From contig NC_045697.1 in the NCBI RefSeq assembly GCF_009834535.1, positions 104,534,001-104,598,000 of the forward strand: a stretch of 64,000 bases of DNA. Direction: 5' to 3'. Source of the DNA: Camelus ferus (Eukaryota). The position numbers were made by a program, and so were the translations under genes. Below are positions 38,928 to 51,499 of the stretch, piece after piece. Within the stretch, counting starts at the first letter, position 1. The number at the start of each line of letters is the position of its first letter. The notes beneath the pieces are model-generated. The model searched no databases, was not told the origin of the DNA, and saw only the letters and a list, made by a program, of their open reading frames with translations.

Positions 38928-39914
38928 AAGCTAGAAATCCTCAATTTTAAAAAATTTCATGTGAAATTTAATTAAATGGTTTCATTAAATCTGAAGCTTT
39001 TGAATAAGGAAATTTATTAACATTGCTAATTTTAAAAGCAACCAGTAAAGCAAACAACTCTGAGCATGTTCAAAACATCCAAAATCATTCCTTTCAAAGT
39101 GTAAAAGGTAATGGGCACACGTCTCTTTGCCAAATAAAACCCTATCCCACCTGGGTTTTATGTCAGATAAAGCCCTAACTCACACATTTACTAAGTGTCT
39201 ACAGAAAACACAAAGAAATCTAGGACCGCACCGCCATGCCTTTGAGCCGCCACGTTCTATGTGAGGATACAAACATATACTCAATCGAGTTAGCCCAAAT
39301 GCCAGGGAAAGTTTATACTCCAGTGTTTTGTGAATTTTTTGAGACCACGGAACACAACTTTACGGAAAAAAAACAACATTTTGAATGTCAGACACCTACT
39401 AGCATTTTCTTTAAAAACAGAAAAGCTGTCATCTCTCCTTCTCCTAAAGTAACATACACAGCTAAACCAAACGTCATCAAGTTAACCTCAACATACACAG
39501 ATATAAAATTAGGTTTCAGCATGTTCCATTACTGCTATAGGAAGTGGTCATTTATTTTAAAACTTTAAAAAATATGAAACGGATTAAAAAGCATTGATTA
39601 CAGACAGTAAATGTTATGAGAGTTTAAGTCGGACTGGTGAAATTTTCCACACAATCTCACTGAAGTTATTTTTGTTAAATGACATATTTTGGGTATGACA
39701 GTTTCTAGGTAAAACTTGGAGGTTTAGCTGTAATCTGGTTACTATATTATTCTAAGACAAGATTAGTAAGGGAGGGTTTTTAGAGAAATTTACCAAAGTG
39801 TAGCATATGAAGACAGATCTAAAAGAAAGCCTTTCCTAATATCAATAACAAAATTTGCATTGCAACATCCATAAAAAAGAAATTTTATTTATCAAAACTT
39901 CTGACTAGATTTTC

Positions 39915-40360
39915 TTTAATTTTTTAAAATAAAATTTTAATTTTGGAATAACTTTAGATGTACAGAAGTTGCAAAGATAGTACAGAGAATTCCCACATAC
40001 CCTTCGCCCAGCTTCCCCGAATGTTAATATCTTACATCATCAAGGTATGTTTGTTAAAACTAAAAATAATATCAGATTTCACAATTTTTAAAAGTATGTG
40101 CCTTTTTATGGTCTTTTAAAAATTGTGATAAAATGTGTGTAACATAAAATGTATCCTTAGTGACACTCAGTACATTCACAATGTTGTACAAACAGCACCA
40201 CTATCTAGTTCCGGAACATTTTAATCACCCCGAAAGGAAACCCCGTACCCACAAAGCAGCCACTCTCCAATACCTCCCTCTCCGAGCCCTTGATAACCAC
40301 CAATAGGATCGCACAGTTTCTGTTTCCAGGATTCACCCCAGATACTGCGTTGCATTTAGT
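39915..40360 (-). mobile_element. Nested old L1 3' fragments
   Basis: GTTGCAAAGATAGTACAGAGAATTCCC and CCAC-TATCTAGTTCCGGAACATTTTAATCACCCC. Confidence 0.7.
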
Positions 40361-41129
40361 CATATTTGTTTTTCACTCTTTAGGTCATATAAAGCTGTTC
40401 CTAAATATTTTATACTGTGGGGAAGCGCCAGTTAATATGCTTGATTGGTGTTCAAGGAAATGGGCCAGCTAGTCCTCACTCTCTCTCCTCTGCACCAGTC
40501 TAATAGCCACTCACCTGGCTTTCTTGTCTCTGGTTTTCTCGCCACCACCATCTCTACCTGTCTTAGGTAACACTGGCTAAATGTCTCCTCCTCATCGCGT
40601 GTTTCTTGCCTCTTTTATTAGCTAGTATCCTGTGTGTTATCCTGCACTGTGGTCTACTGATGGTATCTTGCTTTTCTCCACAAGAGCGTAAGTTCCTGAG
40701 GCAGGAACCATGCTGCCTTCCACAGCAAGTAACATAGTCCTATGCATAAGGCATACAGCCACTGACTAGATTGCAAACGGAACTTACCGTGGTCTTACAA
40801 TGTGCTTAATGCATACTCTCAAGAAGGTATTCAGGGCTGTGGGAAAGGTGTGAGCACTGGCTTTTGCAATCTTACGATTATGCCTTTACACTTAGATGAT
40901 TTGTTGAAACTTTCCCTGCTTTTTGTTGGGAGGAAATAGTTAGCCTCACAGTTATATTTTTATTGGTTTTAGGGAGTGACCTCAAAATTGCCTCCAGCTC
41001 CTGGGTCACCATAAAGGAGGGGAAGTAAATCCGCAGGGAAGTCGTAAGCACTAAGGTGATGTTCCAGGGCTGAACTTGCAAGCACTGAGGACTCACCGCA
41101 TGGCCTTTCTCCCGTCTGATTCTCTGGCC

Positions 41130-41318
41130 CAGGGGTGGGCAAGCCACAGCCACGATGAGCCCAATCTGGCCCAAAGCCTATTTCTGTAAATGAAGTTTTT
41201 ATTGGAACACAGCCATACCCATTGCTTACAGAAATAGTTTCAACAGATACCAGATGGTCTACAAAGCGTAAAATATTTACTATCTGGCCGTTTCCAGAAA
41301 AAGTTTATCAACCCCTAG
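41130..41318. mobile_element. MER58A-like hAT MITE
   Basis: Ends CAGGGGTGGGCAA / TTATCAACCCCTAG, internal GTTTTATTGGAACACAGCC. Confidence 0.85.
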
Positions 41319-42110
41319 GGCATCTCACCAACTGCCCTGCCCCTGCCTTTCATCCTTGCTTCTCATCCTCCTCCATTTTGTCCCAGAGGAGGTCAGAGCT
41401 CAAGATCTGAGCTTCAAAAATATGACTAAGTCTTCATAACCTTATATATTCTTAAATGGCTTATATCTACAACCCCCTTCCCCAAACAGTAAATGGGCAT
41501 AATCCCAAAAGATCGAAGTATGTTTCCTTTTTTAAAATGGTTTGTGATTGATCTTGAATAAATCGCTTGATCTCTCAAGTCATTATTTTTGTATGAAAAA
41601 ATAAAAAATGCCCATTGCACGGAATGCCATTCACAGTGACACATAGTAGGCCTGTTCCTGTGGTGACTGCTGACGTCAGTGAGAAGATCCGCCCAGGGCT
41701 CTTCTCCTCCCTTCGTCCTCCCCATTTGTGTTAGCAAACATCAGAACTCTGGCCTCCTTGAGAGTCTTAACAACTGGATATCCTTGAAAACTGCTGGACA
41801 AAATCATGCATTTTCTGATCAAAACTGAAGTTTTAAACGCTTTGTCATGGGCTTAGAGATGTTCGTTCCAATGTCTTTCAAGTAATTAAGAACAGCACTA
41901 AACCAGGAGGCCAGATCTTTGGACAGCCATTTATGTTTCAGTTAAAAAAGAAAAAGAATGAAGTAAAGAAGATGTTTGCATTTATTCTAGGGAAATGTCA
42001 TACAAAACAAAACAAAAAAAATTAGAAGTACCGTCCAGAGATCTTAAAGATAAAAGCTTTACATACTTGAAATTATCTGATCAGAAAATCACTACATTTC
42101 ATATTTCTTT

Positions 42111-42266
42111 CTTTTAATTATTATTATTTTTTAATTTGTATGGGGGATGCAATTAGATTTAATTTTAGGTTTATTTATTTATTTTTTTAAATGAAGATAC
42201 TGGGGATTGAACCCAGGACCTCATGCATGCTAGGTAGGTATTCTACCACTGAGCTATGCCCTCCCC
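42111..42266 (-). mobile_element. tRNA-derived SINE, copy 2
   Basis: GGGGATTGAACCCAGGACC...CTACCACTGAGCTATGCCCTCCCC. TSD ATATTTCTTT. Confidence 0.9.
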
Positions 42267-42514
42267 ACTTATATTTCTTTGATAGGCCAATTAAATTATA
42301 TGGTCATAACTAAAAATAGATGAATTTTTTTATCTTTGGAAAATAAAATTTAAGGAATATTTATTTGTTAATGGATAGAAAGGCCATGTTCTAGCCAAAG
42401 GGGAAGATGGGGGAAATATAAGAAATACTCCATGTTCCAAAACGCTGTGTGTATGCACTTATGTATGCATGTGATTTTGCAGCACAGCTATTGTGGGTAT
42501 ACATCAGACCTTTT

Positions 42515-42652
42515 CATTTTTTTAATATTTTAATTTTATTTTGGGGGGTAATTAGGTTTATTTATTTATTTACTTAACAGAGTTACTGGAGATTGAACCC
42601 AGGACCTCATACATGCCAAGCATGCGCTCTACCACTGAGCTATACTCTCCCC
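42515..42652 (-). mobile_element. tRNA-derived SINE, copy 3
   Basis: Same head. TSD AT(C/T)AGACCTTTT at 42503 and 42653. Confidence 0.9.
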
Positions 42653-42965
42653 ATTAGACCTTTTTAAATTATTGGGGAAGGAAGGAGGAGCCACAGGGGA
42701 TGGGAGAAAGAAGTCAGAGTTGGGTGATGGAGATCCATCCTTGGGACTCTACTCTTAGACGCTGTGTAACTCATCAGGCACACCAAAGATAGTTCATGTA
42801 CACTTAAGGAAGGGGTGGGGTAAGGAAGGAGGGAGGGAGGGAGGGAGGCAGCCTAGAATCTCAGAATGTGAAGAGTCAACAGTTGTAGTTCCAACTATGT
42901 GAACCAGAACTTGGAGCTATTTATAGTTTTACAGAGACACTAATTCAAATTGGCCCTGCTTAAGT

Positions 42966-43106
42966 GGGGAGGGTATAGCTCAGTGGTAGAGCACCCGCTT
43001 AGCATGCACTAGATTCCATCCCCAGTGCCGCCATTAAAAAGGGAATAAATAAGTAAATAAACCTAATCCCTCTGCCTCAAAAAAGTTAAAAAACAAAAAC
43101 AAAAAA
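42966..43106 (+). mobile_element. tRNA-derived SINE, copy 4 (deletion before the B box)
   Basis: GGGGAGGGTATAGCTCAGTGGTAGAGC. TSD CAAATTGGCCCT at 42946 and 43107. Confidence 0.9.
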
Positions 43107-43519
43107 CAAATTGGCCCTATTTGCAGGCTGATATAATAAAGGCTGTCTCTCAGCTGATAGACCAGAGTCCACCTTTACTGCAGTTTTGAAATTTTTTACT
43201 TGTTTGCAATAACTCTAGTAACTGTCATAAAATGATAAATATTTGGTTTGTAGAAATGGCTCAGAAGAAAAAAACTGGTACTCGAATTGAAGATGTCTAA
43301 TAAAGTAGTATTTCTTAGCCAGAAATTTTAGAATTTGAATGAGTGGAGAAAAGCAAGTGCCTTAGGGCTTAATACTTGTCATTCAATCACTTTTTAGGTT
43401 CTGTGACCCTCAGTATATCCCCATATTCTGTTCAAACTACCTCTTCTCTGCTAAAGACACACAAGATCCATGACTAATCGTTAAGGTGCTAACTTTTATG
43501 TTATTTCTACTGCAATCAA

Positions 43520-44675
43520 ACAAATTTTTTAATTTCAAACTATGCATTTAAATGAAAATGTAAAAGTATACAACAAGGGACAAAAAGGAAGATCTCAAAA
43601 GCACAGTCTATAGAACAAATAAAAAAAAACTGATTAATAAGACCTCATCAAAATTTTAAACTTTTCCTCTGAAAAGAAACCTCTTAAGAGGATGAGAAAA
43701 TGAGCTACAAACTGGGAGAAAATATTTGCAATCAACATGTCCAACCAAAGGAGCAATATTTAGGATATAATAAAAACTCTCAAAACTCAACAACAACAAA
43801 AAAATCCAGACAGGAAATGGGCAAAAGATATGAACAGAAATTTTACTGACAAGGACATAAAAGTGGCCCCTAAACAGGTGAAAAGATGGTCCACATTATT
43901 AGCCATTAGGGAAATGCAAAATTGAAACCACAGCAAGATATCACTACCTATCAGAATGAGTAAAATTTAAAAATAGTGACAACACCTAATGCTGGCAAAG
44001 ATGAGGAGAAACTGAATCACTCATAGATTGCTGGTGAGAATGGGAAATTGTAGGACCACTCTAGAAAAGAGTTTGGAAGTTCATTATAAAACTAAGCATG
44101 CAATTACCGTAAGACCTAGCAATTGCTCTCTTGGACATTTAGCCCACAGAAATGAAAATTACATTCATGCAAAAACCTGTTTGTGCATGTCCATAGTCGC
44201 TTTATTTGTAATGCCTGAACCTGGAAGCAACCCAGATGTTCTTTAAACAAACTGGTATATTCATTCCATAGGGTACTATTCAGTGACAAAAAGGAACAAG
44301 CTGTTGATACACGCAATAACTTGGATAAATCTCAAGGGAATCATGCTGAGCAAAACACAAACAAACAAAAAAGCCTATCTCAAAATATTACATACTATAT
44401 GATTTTACTTAATTCCATTCATATAACAACCTTGAACTGACAGAGTTATTGAGAAGGAGGACAGATTAATGGTTGCCAGGGGCTATGGATTTCAAGGGAG
44501 AGAGGAGGGTAGTGTGGTTATAAGAGGTCATTTTAAGGGATCCTTGTGATGGATCTGGTCCATCTTGGCTGGTGGTTGATACACAAACCTACACATGTGA
44601 TTACATTGCATAAATACAAACAAATGAGTCATACTGGAGAAATATGAATATCACTGGATCATATCAATGTGAAAA
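43520..44675 (+). mobile_element. Old L1 (L1MC/MD-like) 3' region
   Basis: CTGGGAGAAAATATTTGCAA, GGGAAATGCAAATTGAAACCAC, ATTAATGGTTGCCAGGGG. Confidence 0.8.
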
Positions 44676-44677
44676 AA

Positions 44678-47600
44678 TAGTTGTACCAGTTTATATTCCC
44701 ACCAGCATTATATGAGGGTTCCAGTTCCTCCACATCCTCATCAACACTTTTATTATTGTCAGTCTTTTTCATTATAGCCATTCTAATGATGTGTAGTGAC
44801 GTCTTAGTGTGGCTTTAATGTGCATTTCCCTATGATGAATGATGTTGAGCATTTTTCAATTTCATGTACTTAGCTATTTGTGTTTCTACTTTGATGAAAG
44901 GTCTATTTAAATCTTTCACTCTTTTTAATTATGTTATTTGTCTTTATTTGTTTAATTGTAGGAATTCTTTATATACTCTGGACAGAAGTCCTTCATCAGA
45001 TACTTGATTTTCAAAAAAATAAATAAATAAGTCATAAGATATATAGTTTGCAAATATTTTTTCCCACTCTGTGGTTTTTCTTTTCATTTTTTAAATGGTG
45101 TCTTTTGAAGAGCAAAACATTTTAATTTTAATTAAATCCAGTTTATCAAATTTTTCTTTTATGGATCATATTTCTAATGTCATAACTACAAAGTCTTTGC
45201 CTAAGTCAAGATCACAAAGAAAGGCTCTTATGTTTTTTTCTAACAGTTTTATAATTTTAGCCCTTACATTTAGATCTATGATCACAGTTAATTTTTGTGT
45301 ACTGTATGAGGAAGCATCTAAGTTCCTTTTTTTCAAAGGCATATCCAAGTGTTCCAACACCTTTTTAAATTTTTAACATTTTTATTAAGATAGAATTAAT
45401 GTATTACATTAATGTCAAGTGTACAACATAATGATTTGCTGTAAGTACATATTGCCAACACCATTTATTGAAAAGACTATTCTTTCCTCACCAAATTATC
45501 TTGGCACCTTTGTTAATACTTAACTGATGATAAATGTAAGGGTTTATTTCTGGACTTTCTTTTCTATTCCAATGACCTGTGTGTCTACTGTTATGCCAGT
45601 ACAATCCAGTCTTGACTACTGTAGTTTATAGTAAGTTTATGTTTTGGTTTGGGGTGGGGTTTTTTTTTAATTTTTTTATTGAGTTATAGTCATTTTACAA
45701 TGTTGTGTCAAATTCCAGTGTAGAGCACAATTTTTAAGTTATACATGAACATATATATATATTCGTTGTCACATTTTTTTCCCATTGTGAGCTACCATAA
45801 GATCTTGTATATATTTCCCTGTGTTATACAGTGTAATCTTGTTTATCTATTCTACATTTTGAAATCCCAGTCTGTCCCTTCCCACCCCCTGCCCTCTTGG
45901 CAACCACAAGTTTATATTCTATGTCTGTGAGTCTGTTTCTGTTTTGTATTTATGTTTTGTTTGGTTTTTTTTTTAGATTCCTCATATGAGTGATCTCATA
46001 TGGTATTTTTCTTTCTCTTTCTGGCTTACTTCACTTAGAATGACATTCTCCAGGAACATCCATGTTGCTGCAAATGGCATTATGTGGTCAGTTTTTATGG
46101 CTGAATAGTATTCCATTGTATAAATATACCACTTCTTCTTTATCCAGTCATCTGTTGATGGACATTTAGGCTGTTTCCATGTCTTGGCTATTGCAAATAG
46201 TGCTGCTATGAACATTGGGGTGCAGGTGTCATTTTGAAGTAGGGTTCCTTCTGGATATATGCCCAGGAGTGGGATTCCTGGGTCATGTGGTAAGTCTATT
46301 CCTGCTCTTTTGAGGAATCTCCATACTGTTTTCCACAGTGGCTGCACCAAACTGCATTCCCACCAGCAGTGTAGGAGGGTTCCCTTTTCTCCACAGCCTC
46401 TCCAGCATTTGTCATTTGTGGACTTTTGAATGATGGCCATTCTGACTGGTGTGAGGTGATACCTCATTGTAGTTTTGATTTGCATTTCTCTGATAATTAG
46501 TGATATAGAGCATTTTTTCATGTGCCTATTGATCATTTGTATGTCTTCCTTGGAGAATTGCTTGTTTAGGTCTTTCACCCATTTTTGGATTGGGTTGTTT
46601 GATTTTTTTCTTATTAAGTCGTATGAACTGCTTATATATTCTGGAGATCAAGCCTTTGCTGGTTTCATTTGCAAAAATTTTCTCCCATTCCGTAGGTTGT
46701 CATTTTGTTTTACTTATGGTTTCCTTTGCTGTGCAGAAGCTTGTAAGTTTCATTAGGTCCCATTTGTTTATTCTTGCTTTTATTTCTATTGCTTGGGTAG
46801 ACTGCCCTAGGAGAACATTTTTGAGATGTATGTCAGATAATGTTTTGCCTATATTTTCTTCTAGGTGGTTTATTGTATCTTGCCTTATGTTTAAGTCTTT
46901 GATCCATTTTGAGTTTATTTTTGTGTATGGTGTTAGGGAGTGTTCTAGCTTCATTGCTTTACATGCTGCTGTCCAGTTTTCCCAACACCATTTGCTGAAG
47001 AGACTGTCTTTATTCCATTGTATATTCTTGCCTCCTTTGTCAAAGATGAGTTGACCAAAAGTTTGTGGGTTCATTTCTGGCCTCTATTCTGTTCCATTGG
47101 TCTATATGTCTGTTTTTGTACCAATACCATGCTGTCTTGATTACTATATCTCTATAGTATTGTCTGAAGTCTGGGAGAGTTATTCCTCCAGCCTCTTTCT
47201 TTCTCTTCAGTAATGCTTTGATAATTCTAGGTCTTTTGTGGTTCCATATAAATTTTATTATGATTTGTTCTAGTTCTGTGAAATATGTCTAGTTCGGTAA
47301 TTTGTTAGGGACTGCATTAAATCTGTAGATTGCCTTGGGCAGTGTGACCATTTTAACAATATTGATTCTTCCAATCCAGGAGCACGGGATATCTTTCCGT
47401 TTTTTAAAGTCTTCTTTAATTTCCTTCATCAGTGGTTTACAGTTTTCTGTGTATAATTCTTTCACCTCCTTGGTTAGATTTATTCCTAGGTATTTTATTA
47501 CTTTGGCTGCTATTTTAAAGGGAACTCTTTCTTTACTTTCTTTTTCTGTTGATTCATCGTTAGTGTAAAGAAATGCAACTGATTTTTGAACATTAATCTT

Positions 47601-48590
47601 GTAACCTGCTACCTTGCTGAATTCTTTGATCAGCTCTAGTAGTTTTTGTGTGGACCTTTTCGGGTTTTCTATATATATAAACCTGTTGTCGGCATATAGT
47701 GACACTTTTACCTCTTCTTTTCCAATTTGGATCCCTTTTATTTCTCTCTCCTGCCTGATACTGTGGCTAGGACTTCCAAGACTGTGTTGAATGGGAGTGG
47801 TGATAGTGGGCAGCCTTGTCTTGTCCCAGATTTTAGTGGGAAGCTTTTGAGTTTTTCACCATTGAGTACTATGCTGGCTGTAGGTTTGTCATACATAGCT
47901 TTTATTATGTGTTGTTTTTGAAACACCTTTACTGTGGTAAGGTTCCTATACAGTAAACTACACATATTTCAGATGTACAATTTGATGAATTTTTATAGAT
48001 GTATATACCCATGAAACCACCACCACAATCAATATAGCTAACATTTCCAACACTCCCCAAGAGGTGCAATTTTTGAATTCCCAACTTATCTCTTCCCACC
48101 TTCTCTAACCCCTGGTAACCATAAGTTTGTTCTCTGTGTCTGTGTGTTATAGTAAGGTTTTAAACAGGTACTGTAAGTCCTATTTTGTTTTTGTTTTTCA
48201 AAAAAGTTTCAGCTTTTCTAGGTCCTTTACATTTCTATATAAATTTTAAGATCAACTTGCTCATTTCCTTGAATTTAGATAGGGATTATATTTGACACTT
48301 TGGATGAATTTAGAGAAAATTGCCATCTTAACAATATTGATTCTTCCAATCCATAAACACTTATTTATATCTTTGATTTCTCCAGTATTTTGTAGCTTTC
48401 AGTATACATGTCTTACACTTCTTTAGTTAAATTTATTCCTAAGTATTTTATTCTTTTTTGATGCTCTTTTGAAAGGCATTGCCTCTTAATTTCATTTTTG
48501 TATTTTTCATTTCTAGTATATAGAAATGCAACTGATGTCTCTATATTGCTCTTATATCCTGTGACCTTGCTGAAATCCTCACCATTATTC
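44678..48590 (-). mobile_element. Older L1 ORF2 segment hosting several nested L1 insertions
   Basis: Host runs 44678-45635 and resumes 48147-48590. Repeat TTATAGTAAG at 45626 and 48147. Confidence 0.8.
45660..47908 (-). mobile_element. Relatively young 5'-truncated L1 (~2.2 kb; RT C-terminal part to 3'UTR)
   Basis: ORF relics: [23 protein letters not shown] (RT motif region), KYLGINLT, and a 198-aa C-terminus with CWRGC...HCWWEC. Broken by frameshifts and stops. Confidence 0.95.
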
Positions 48591-48599
48591 TTGTAGCAT

Positions 48600-48840
48600 C
48601 AACTTATTTTTTACTGCCAGTGTTTGATGGCGAAGAATACAATGCCCCAGAACAATTTGGTGCCACTGTCTTGATTCATGCTAAGGCACCAGCAGTTTTA
48701 CCCACTGTTGCTTTTGCACCAACCATGCAAGTGTCCACCAGCAGAAAAGGCAGTAATTTCAGTATTATCTTGATCCTGCAGACCCCATGAAGGTCTCGGG
48801 GATCCCCAAGGGTCCTCAGACAACACTTAGAGAACCACTG
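48600..48840. mobile_element. hAT-Charlie (Charlie1-like) terminal fragment
   Basis: Ends CACTTAGAGAACCACTG followed by the target-like ATCTAGAT. Confidence 0.75.
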
Positions 48841-49698
48841 ATCTAGATGATCTCTAGGCACCAGTCCAAGTCTGAAATGCTATCATTTTTTAGATCTAAG
48901 ATAATTGTCGTTTACCTAACTTGTCTTAATAACATCTGCTTAAGTGGCTAATTTTCATGGAAGCCGATATTCCTTAGGCAATTGTTGCATGTGGAACATT
49001 GTATGAAGTCTTTTGAGAGAAATGTGAAGGAAATAGAACATTGGCCCTAATCTCAAGGAAATGGTACAAGTCTCTCTCAATATTCAGGTGTCTAGGAAAG
49101 GAAGCCCAGCAATGCTGTAGGCCAATTACACTGGACCTCAGATTTGTGTTTTCTGTTCTAGGTAGCACTAAAATAAACAAAATGCTTACAGTGGAGATAC
49201 AGCATGTGTTGAATATCAAGACTAGAAGTAAAACTAGATTAAAATCTATTATTCTTGACTAGTACAATTTAGTTTTATTTCATTTCCAAAAAACTGTAAA
49301 TAAGACAAAGTAATAGAAAACTAATTTTCAAATTTTAAAAAAAATCATTGATTTTACACTGTAATTTACAACAGACCTTTGACTGGAAGGTTAAAGAAGC
49401 CACTTACCTACTATTTTTTCCTTCATTTTACTTACAGTCAGGATTTACAGTACGGTGCTTATAGTTCACTGGCTAAATTTTCTGTATATTTTAGCTTCTC
49501 CCTGGAGAGGAAGAAAATACTGTTCATACAGTCAAGGTGAATAATAGTTTCAAGATTTCATCTATGGGACTCAACACGTTCTGACATCCTTAATCCTTTT
49601 GGGTAGAAAAAGGAAGGCAAAAAGGACTAAAATACTCATTGTGGGGAAGAGTAAAACAGAAATTGGGAAAACAAAATTAATCATATAAAATGAAGTGA

Positions 49699-49876
49699 GG
49701 GGAGGATATAGCTCAGGTGGTAGAGCACATGTTTAGCATGCACAAGGCCCTAGGTTCAATCCCCAGTACCTCCTCTAAAGATAAAGAAAGAAACCTAATT
49801 ACCTCCCCCCTCCAATAAGTAAATAAATAATAAACTGAACAATTTTTAAAAAAGAATCAGCATTTTGAAAAATAAA
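49699..49876 (+). mobile_element. tRNA-derived SINE, copy 5
   Basis: A and B boxes, ACCTAATTACCTCCCCC. TSD ATAAAATGAAGTGA / ATAAAAAGAAGGGA. Confidence 0.9.
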
Positions 49877-50517
49877 ATAAAAAGAAGGGAGGGTTTGAGG
49901 GTAGGCAAAGTAAGGAATAATGAAGTTGATAATAGTTTCAGAGAACCAGTTACAGACTGGAGCTCTGATATGAAAACAAATCATGCAATTTAACAGCTGG
50001 CAGAGAAGTTAGAGATAAGAAATATTGAACCAGAACTAGACAGCTTGGCAGAGAAGGCAGAAGCCAGGCCCAGAGATTCTCAACAGGGCTAGAGCTGGAA
50101 GCCAGAATTTCTTACTTCACCTTCAGTATGGTCCACCCTTCCCTCTTCTGAAACTTTAGTGGGTCAGTTGTTAAAATGCACTTCATTCTTACATGAAGTA
50201 TCACCATCTGGCTGGTGACTCAGACATCTTCAGCACGTCCTCCTCATTTACTTTATGCCTCAGCTATCGGAAATTGTGAAGATTTATTTCCTAATGAATT
50301 TCTGTTATTAAATTATTCAAAATCATCTCACCCTTATTGTTTACTGTAACACATGAGCTTCAGCAACAATTCTATTCTTTTTTTACCCAGAAGACACATA
50401 TGGTATTATTTTCTTCATGCGGCATACCTTATCCAGTTGGGTCATCATTTCCGTCTACACACAGGATAATTGTGACCACATGACACACTTTACAATGAAG
50501 AACTAACCCCAGTTCTT

Positions 50518-50595
50518 TTTTTTTTTCAATGGAGGTACCGGGGATTGAACCCTATGTTAAATATGCCGTCTACCACTGAGCTATACCCTCCCTTC
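50518..50595 (-). mobile_element. Short head-only tRNA-derived SINE, copy 6
   Basis: Perfect 15-bp TSD CTAACCCCAGTTCTT at 50503 and 50596. Confidence 0.9.
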
Positions 50596-51499
50596 CTAAC
50601 CCCAGTTCTTAATTTTAAACATTAAATCAGTAAATAAGTTGCATGCTTTCAAATATGCCATTGGCTTTTACTTTTTCCTGCTTTCATCCCCTTCCTGGTA
50701 AGTTTTTTGGGGCTACTACCTAAATCTGTATGTGGAAATCTCTGCCAGTTTATTTTGTTTTGTTCTGCTTTGTTTTCACCTGCATGTTTCTTTTAAGTAA
50801 GTCCTAGCATGTACTACCATAGAGACTGCTGATTGAAATAAACAATAACGTTTTTCAGTGGGTCTTGTGTCTTAACAGTGTGTCCAGGTGAGAGAACGTG
50901 CCTTCTTTAATTAGCTGTCTTTTCTCCATTCAGGAAAAGCCAGGGTTCATTCTTTCCAACGTAAATCTTCTCTCCATTTATGAACTCAATCTTAAAGGAT
51001 CGACACATCCACCTGGCACTATTCTGTGCAGTTTTGATATTCAGTGCTTCCAACTGTTCTTTTGTAAATAAGTTTTATTCTTCTCCATCAAATGATCCTT
51101 TGGTTTTAGGCATACAAAAAAAGTAGAAGCCTAAAGTCCCATGATTCTAGATTGGCATCCTTAGCAAAGTTATCAGAGAGAGACGTTTCTTTCCATTCCC
51201 AGCCTTCAGGTGACTGACCCTATTGGAGATAATAAGCCCATATCCTGGATTTGGAACTTGGTTTTTAAACGTTTTTTCTTTTCTTTTCTTTCTTTCCTTT
51301 TTTTTTTTTTTTTTCCTGGTGATCTCTCCTTCACCTGGTTGTTATTAACATCTATGTATTTCAGTTTCTAAAAAGTTACAACCTCAGCAAAAACAGAAAC
51401 ACTGACCATTCAGTAGTGAAATATATGGGTAGCAGGTGGTAGCAACTATCTCAAGGTTTCCAATCTAATCGCAGAGGACCTGGAGCTGTTTCTCAAAAC

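Noticed and set aside
45660..47908. Active reverse transcriptase gene
   Set aside because: 5'-truncated L1 with ORF2 split by frameshifts and stops, lacking ORF1 and the endonuclease
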